Assembly (NCBI GenBank): GCA_032128875.1
Contig: JAVLKG010000001.1
Location: forward strand, 512,001-576,000
DNA from: Candidatus Melainabacteria bacterium 17Bon1m
GTDB taxonomy: Bacteria > Cyanobacteriota > Vampirovibrionia > Obscuribacterales > Obscuribacteraceae
DNA length: 64,000 nt
Direction: 5' to 3'
Part shown: positions 59,163 through 64,000 of the stretch, piece after piece
Numbering within the stretch: the first letter of the stretch is position 1
Layout: every line of letters begins with the position of its first letter
Made by a program: the position numbers and the translations under genes
Notes under the pieces: generated by a model
What the model saw: the letters and a program-made list of their open reading frames with translations, nothing else
What the model was told of the DNA's origin: nothing
Databases searched by the model: none

Positions 59163-60065
59163 CTACTTCGCTTCTAGCAATTGCAGTTTGTCCAGCAAAT
59201 CTCTACCTTCTCTTCTTGCACTGACCTGTTTGTAGAGAAGGGCACCGCATATGGTGAGGACAGCCGACATAAAACCATCGAGCGGTCCGGCAATGATTGC
59301 TGAGATAATGCCACCCACAAAGTACCAGATTGCGTCTCTCGGTAGAAGGGCTTCAAATGCCATTATTCCGAGGATTGGAGCGCCGGCGCAAAAGTAAACT
59401 AAGCACATGAGTGATAGCGTGATAGTAACGTATAACCAGTCTTCAGCGGTGAGTGAGAAGAAACGACCGCATGCTCTTGCAATCGATGAATCCTCGAAGA
59501 TGATAAAAGCGATGTAGTAAGCGTTCAACACAATTACTAAGAGAAATGGCAAAAGAAGTAAGAACTCGGCTCCTATTAGCCACAGCTCAAAGAACGCAAA
59601 GACCTCGGAAACCTTTTCATGACCGGATATAGCACTCAACTTGGTCGAAATCACTGCGAGAAAATTCTCTATAGTCTCGAAGATAAACACCGGGATAGTC
59701 AGCACTAAGACGGTCCACATTTTTTTCTGTGCTTTCTTGAGCGCTTCGTCCAGAGTTGGTGCGGCTCCAGCCATGTAGTAGATGAGCGCGAACTTCTTTA
59801 CTGCCACCTCCCACATGGAGAGGAATATCATGATGAAGCCGAAAACCACAATCCAAAAACTTACAGTGGATGGAAAACTATTTGTATATGCAGTCGAATC
59901 CCAGAATGCACAGGGCACGGCAAGCCAATAAATCATTGTAGGCAAAAGAAAGAATTTGCCAAATACCAGCCAGTTTTGCCGTGCAATGCGCACTGCTCGT
60001 CCAACTACATCACCTGCGGTTAGCAGTTTGTCTGGAAGATCAATCTTGAGCTCTTTGTCAGACAT
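59163..60065 (-). CDS. Integral membrane protein (about 6 TM)
   Basis: LTAGDVVGRAVRI and LYKQVSARREGRDL ends; hydrophobic core. Confidence 0.8.
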   Translation of the reverse strand: MSDKELKIDLPDKLLTAGDVVGRAVRIARQNWLVFGKFFLLPTMIYWLAVPCAFWDSTAYTNSFPSTVSFWIVVFGFIMIFLSMWEVAVKKFALIYYMAGAAPTLDEALKKAQKKMWTVLVLTIPVFIFETIENFLAVISTKLSAISGHEKVSEVFAFFELWLIGAEFLLLLPFLLVIVLNAYYIAFIIFEDSSIARACGRFFSLTAEDWLYVTITLSLMCLVYFCAGAPILGIMAFEALLPRDAIWYFVGGIISAIIAGPLDGFMSAVLTICGALLYKQVSARREGRDLLDKLQLLEAK

Positions 60066-60480
60066 TTGATACTTCGCCTTGAATCTCACCAGCCTTATAG
60101 AACCATCGATTATTTTCCTTCACGAAAAAACTCTTTTCACAAAATGTAGCGTCAGAGCCACCCTGTCGTAGGTGCGCTGTGAAAGTGACTGTCGCTGTTT
60201 CGTCACCATCTACGAACTCTTCGATGGTGAGATGATCGAAGTTGGTTGCCCGTGAAAAACTTTCAATGCTCTCTTTCCACTTCGCACGTTCTTTGGAAAA
60301 CTCAGGATGCTCGCTGTGAGTGGTGTCAATAATGTAGTCGGCAAGACCCAGTGCATATGCGGCAAACCGAGAACGCATCAGACGCAGCGCATCTGCTGCT
60401 GGTGTGCCATCGTGATACGGCTTGCAGCATTTGTGATACAGCACTTTGCTTGCACAGGGGCAACGCTCGAACTTACTCAT
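60058..60480 (-). CDS. ychJ: YchJ/UPF0225 family (SEC-C motif)
   Basis: CPCAS..Y..CC.PYH, LMRSRF.AY, EKS.F.....W.Y. Confidence 0.9.
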   Translation of the reverse strand: MSKFERCPCASKVLYHKCCKPYHDGTPAADALRLMRSRFAAYALGLADYIIDTTHSEHPEFSKERAKWKESIESFSRATNFDHLTIEEFVDGDETATVTFTAHLRQGGSDATFCEKSFFVKENNRWFYKAGEIQGEVSNV

Positions 60481-60500
60481 TCCAGTCTGCCAAGTCTCCG

Positions 60501-61358
60501 CTACTTGCCGTATTGGCTTTCCATCGCTTTTTCTAGGTCAGTCGCTGTACTTGATTTTGCTGGAGCCGATTGTTTTTGCGCAAATGGTGAGCCTGCGCGT
60601 GGGGCGTTCATCTTCGGCATTCCGCCGAGCATTCCTGCGCCACCGGGCATTCTCATACCGCCGGGCTTGCCCATGCCGGACATGCCCATTGAGCCCATAC
60701 CCATTCCAGAGCCCATACCCATTCCCATGCCGCCCGGTCTATTCATTCCCATGCCTGGACGTCGCATGCCCATCATGCCCGGCATACCCATGCCATGATT
60801 CATTTGGTTGCGTTTCATGGTGTTGTTGAAAGCGGCATCCTGCTGCATCATCTTCGCGAATAATCCGCTCTGCATGCCCATTCCAGGTCCTGGTCCACCA
60901 CCCATTCCAGGCATCATATTTGGTGCCCCACGCTGGCGTTTTTGCATCATCTGCATCAACGAACCACCCCCGCCGCCGCTCTGCATGCGCGACATTTTTG
61001 CTTTCATCAATTGCAGCATTTGCGAACTGCTGCCCCCACCGCTGCGGCCGGCATAACCGCCTAAATTGCTAGGCCGTCTGCCGCCCATCATGTTGGCGTA
61101 GCCCGGCATGCCGCTGGCACTGCCACGCGCATAACCACCGCTGCTGTATGTTGGGCGTTTGCCTTGCTCAAACTGATTGAGCATCTGAGACATTCGCGCC
61201 TGGCTGGAAGCGTTATTCTGCGCTCGTGCCGCACCCGAACCATTGACGAAGACCGGCGCACAAAATGCCGCACAAAGTATTGCAGCAACGGCTAAAGAAA
61301 CGGTCAAATTATGTTCGGCTGAGATGGACTGCCAAAGCTTTTCAGGATTTGCTGACAT
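60501..61358 (-). CDS. Exported Gly/Met-rich low-complexity protein
   Basis: Hydrophobic leader; GMGM repeats. Confidence 0.7.
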   Translation of the reverse strand: MSANPEKLWQSISAEHNLTVSLAVAAILCAAFCAPVFVNGSGAARAQNNASSQARMSQMLNQFEQGKRPTYSSGGYARGSASGMPGYANMMGGRRPSNLGGYAGRSGGGSSSQMLQLMKAKMSRMQSGGGGGSLMQMMQKRQRGAPNMMPGMGGGPGPGMGMQSGLFAKMMQQDAAFNNTMKRNQMNHGMGMPGMMGMRRPGMGMNRPGGMGMGMGSGMGMGSMGMSGMGKPGGMRMPGGAGMLGGMPKMNAPRAGSPFAQKQSAPAKSSTATDLEKAMESQYGK

Positions 61359-61679
61359 TTTGCCTCTGGGATAGATCTAAGAATCTTTAGCTATTGTTCC
61401 CTGTGGCGCCACTTTTCCTTCCCCTTAGCCATTTGGGGGGGGGAGAAATGTGCTTCTTAAGAGAAATGGGGAAATCAAGCCCTGCCATGCGACTATATTA
61501 GCGCCTTTGAATCCCCTACCCCGAGCCAGAAAAGATAGTTGCCCGTCGCGGGAACGATTCTCTGCCTCGGTCGGTCATGCTTAACGCGTGAGTGTCGCCA
61601 AATGGGCGCAGCGTAAGTCCAGTGAAAGTGTTGTTTGAACAATTGGACTCATCTGAGGAATTGAACCAGAGGTACGGCT

Positions 61680-62165
61680 ATGTTTGAGCTGCAAACACCA
61701 TGGCACGAGTTAGTGCTCCGTTGCACCTTGCTCTACTGCTTCATTTTGACCATTCTTCGAATTGCTAACAGAGAAGGTGGCCAGTTGTCGCCGGTGGATC
61801 AAGTTGTGCTGTTTACCGTTGGTGATTTGATTGCTTCGGCAGCGATAAAGAATGATGATTCCCTGGTTGCTGCTTTCATTGCGATGTCTGTTTTTGTTGG
61901 CATGAGTTATATCGTCAATACGCTTTCGTACAGGTTCAAGCCGGTAGCGAAGGCTCTGCAAGGGGCGCCTTTGGTGCTGGTGCACAATGGCGAGATCAAA
62001 TGGGAAAACATGGAGAAAGAGAAGATTTCGAAAGGTGAGTTGATGGAGTCTATTCGTTCGGCGGGACATTTGTCGATTACGAATGTGCAAGTCGCTATGC
62101 TCGAAGCAAACGGCACCATTTCTGTCATTAGCAAACCAAATAGCGAATCTCAGCGGACCTTGTGA
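61680..62165 (+). CDS. DUF421/YetF-family membrane protein
   Basis: GQLSPVD, GAPLVLVHNG, LEANGTISVI. Confidence 0.9.
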   Translation: MFELQTPWHELVLRCTLLYCFILTILRIANREGGQLSPVDQVVLFTVGDLIASAAIKNDDSLVAAFIAMSVFVGMSYIVNTLSYRFKPVAKALQGAPLVLVHNGEIKWENMEKEKISKGELMESIRSAGHLSITNVQVAMLEANGTISVISKPNSESQRTL

Positions 62166-62236
62166 GACGTTATACTGTCCCTGATTACTCGTGCAAAATT
62201 GACACCATATGCGGTGGATATGCGCGAGGCGAAGGG

Positions 62237-63082
62237 ATGGTGTTTATGAACGCTTACGTTGTTGGATTTCTCGTGATGCTTGTCACATCTGCCGTTGCAG
62301 TTAGTGGCATGTTGATTGTGCGTCGTATTGTCGGCGTCGAAAAATTGAAGAGTTTCAATGAAGTTGCAGGCAATAGTTTTCAGGTTGTTGGAACATTCTA
62401 TGCTGTTCTTCTGGGACTTATCGTTGTCGATGCCATGACGGATATGTCTGACTTGCGCAACACGATAGAACAAGAGGCCAACGCCGTTGCTGACGTCTAC
62501 ATCTTGTCTCGTGGCTTGCCGGAGCCGCAGCAAACGAAGGTTCGGGAGCTGACGTCTGGTTATGTCGAGACAGTGATCGATGATGAATGGCCCGCGATGA
62601 AGCAAGGCAAGGTAAGCACGAAGGCGATTGTGCAGGTCAACGAATTGTGGAACACAATCATCGACTTCAAGCCAACCGCAGACGATCAAAAGGACATTCG
62701 CCAGATGTGCTTAGATCGGGTTTCGGAACTCGGCGATAGTCGCCGATCGCGATTAATAACCAGCTCGCACGGTGTTTCTACTGAGCTATGGACAGTGCTT
62801 ATAATTGGTGGCATTCTCACGCTAGGTTTCTCTTATTTCCTGGGTTTGTCGAGTCTGATTGGACAGGCTCTGATGACAGTAGTGATTGCCAGCACGCTAG
62901 CGCTGAATGTTTATCTCGTATTCCTCTTTGGGTATCCGCTTTCTGGTGCCTACTGTGTGGAGCCCGAAGGTTTTATAGTCGACAGGATTATCTTCAAGTT
63001 GCGTGGCAGTGGCGGTGGTGCCTTACCTCACTCGAAGACTATCGACCCCAAGTTGTTGTTGAAGACGCGCGGGAAACTTTAG
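62237..63082 (+). CDS. DUF4239-like membrane protein
   Basis: GTFYAVLLGLIVV, IDDEWPAM, YPLSG. Confidence 0.8.
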   Translation: MVFMNAYVVGFLVMLVTSAVAVSGMLIVRRIVGVEKLKSFNEVAGNSFQVVGTFYAVLLGLIVVDAMTDMSDLRNTIEQEANAVADVYILSRGLPEPQQTKVRELTSGYVETVIDDEWPAMKQGKVSTKAIVQVNELWNTIIDFKPTADDQKDIRQMCLDRVSELGDSRRSRLITSSHGVSTELWTVLIIGGILTLGFSYFLGLSSLIGQALMTVVIASTLALNVYLVFLFGYPLSGAYCVEPEGFIVDRIIFKLRGSGGGALPHSKTIDPKLLLKTRGKL

Positions 63083-63127
63083 TTTTCAATTTGCTTGCGA
63101 ATCTCGAGAAAAATAATTTCTCAGAGT

Positions 63128-63154
63128 GGGAACTGTGCTGTTTTTCCGGCGTCC
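63128..63154 (+). promoter_or_regulatory. ECF-like promoter GGGAACT-N16-GTCC
   Basis: Upstream of the 63215 ORF. Confidence 0.6.
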
Positions 63155-63214
63155 CTCGTGACGTGTAGGAAATGGCTCTTCGGCTGAGCTGTTTTGCAAC
63201 CCTGGAGGAGCTCG

Positions 63215-63682
63215 ATGAACACTGTTTTTACTCGGCGTCTTTTGGCTGGACTGGCGCTGCTGACCATTGTTAGCCCAATGGCTGCTTATGCCGACCACGA
63301 TCATCATCGCCACAACAATAATTGGAAGCAAAAGAATAATTGGCAAAAGAAGTATTACAAGAACGTCCAGAAAGCCCAAAAGCGTCAGTACAACAACTAT
63401 CGCAAGGTTGCGAACAATGTTAATCGTGACTACTGGCACACTCATTGGGGCAATAATTGGAACGACCAGCGCGAATGGTACAGGCACAATCTCCGCAACA
63501 TGCAGCGCGCGCAACAGCAGCAGTACGAAGCTCAAATGAGAGCGCAATATCTCGCGTATCGCAATAACAATTACAACGGTCCTTATGGCTGGGATGCTTA
63601 TTCTGAGCCAGGCTTCTTGGACTATTTGCATACTCGCAGTCCAGGTCTTCTCAATTCGATTCGTTCAATAATCGGGTTTTAG
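63215..63682 (+). CDS. Exported N/W/Y/Q-rich protein
   Basis: GGAGG plus ATG; signal peptide ending AYA. Confidence 0.75.
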   Translation: MNTVFTRRLLAGLALLTIVSPMAAYADHDHHRHNNNWKQKNNWQKKYYKNVQKAQKRQYNNYRKVANNVNRDYWHTHWGNNWNDQREWYRHNLRNMQRAQQQQYEAQMRAQYLAYRNNNYNGPYGWDAYSEPGFLDYLHTRSPGLLNSIRSIIGF

Positions 63683-63862
63683 ACACAAAACCGACATTTT
63701 CGGCTGTGGCAAGTTGTCAGCTGAAAAACGGAGACACTGAGTCCGGTGGAATCGAAAGAATCCGCCGGATTTCTGCGTACGTTCATCATCTTTCCATCAA
63801 GCGTCGTGTCCGCTAATCGATTAAAATAGGATGATTACACCGTTGTCAATATGCGTGCTTAG

Positions 63863-64000
63863 ATGAATACAAAGAGATTTGCAATCGTTGGTTTGGCTTT
63901 TGGCGTGATTGCGTTCACCGCCGTGCCCGTTCAGGCTCAATTTTTGAAGAAACTTTTGCAGGGCTCGTCTCAGCAGAATGATTTCCAAAACAATACTTTT
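63863..64000 (+). CDS. Partial exported protein
   Basis: MNTKRFAIVGLAFGVIAFTAVPVQAQF..., open to the window end. Confidence 0.6.
   Translation, partial: MNTKRFAIVGLAFGVIAFTAVPVQAQFLKKLLQGSSQQNDFQNNTF

Overview
Gene-dense bacterial window of about 50% GC from a diderm organism (RND pump, OmpH/Skp, TonB, beta-barrels). The gene style suggests Candidatus Obscuribacterales / Vampirovibrionia, but that is my inference only. I found no rRNA, tRNA, CRISPR array, integrase or transposase. The main feature is a 13 kb minus-strand array (20.4-33.3 kb) of six paralogous VirB6/TrbL-like polytopic membrane proteins in two subfamilies. They are arranged as a duplicated B-A-A triplet plus a split-off C-terminal tail gene, with no T4SS ATPase or relaxase in the window. 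Four promoters in this array share a phased motif, TTCAC-N6-TTCAC-N11-TAnnnT (OmpR/PhoB style). The same motif precedes an MshEN-like gene, a secreted protein and a structured ~280-nt candidate ncRNA, and about eight phased boxes lie at 44.8 kb. A second motif, GGGAAC(T/C)-N16-GTC (ECF sigma-like), precedes four to five genes and a ~130-nt candidate sRNA. Also notable are an internally duplicated histidine kinase whose second H-box has Arg in place of His, a PPi-type PFK, a duplicated TetR promoter-operator, a dispersed 31-bp palindrome and a (TCT)22 poly-Ser tract. Protein family calls come from motif recognition by eye; no database searches were run.
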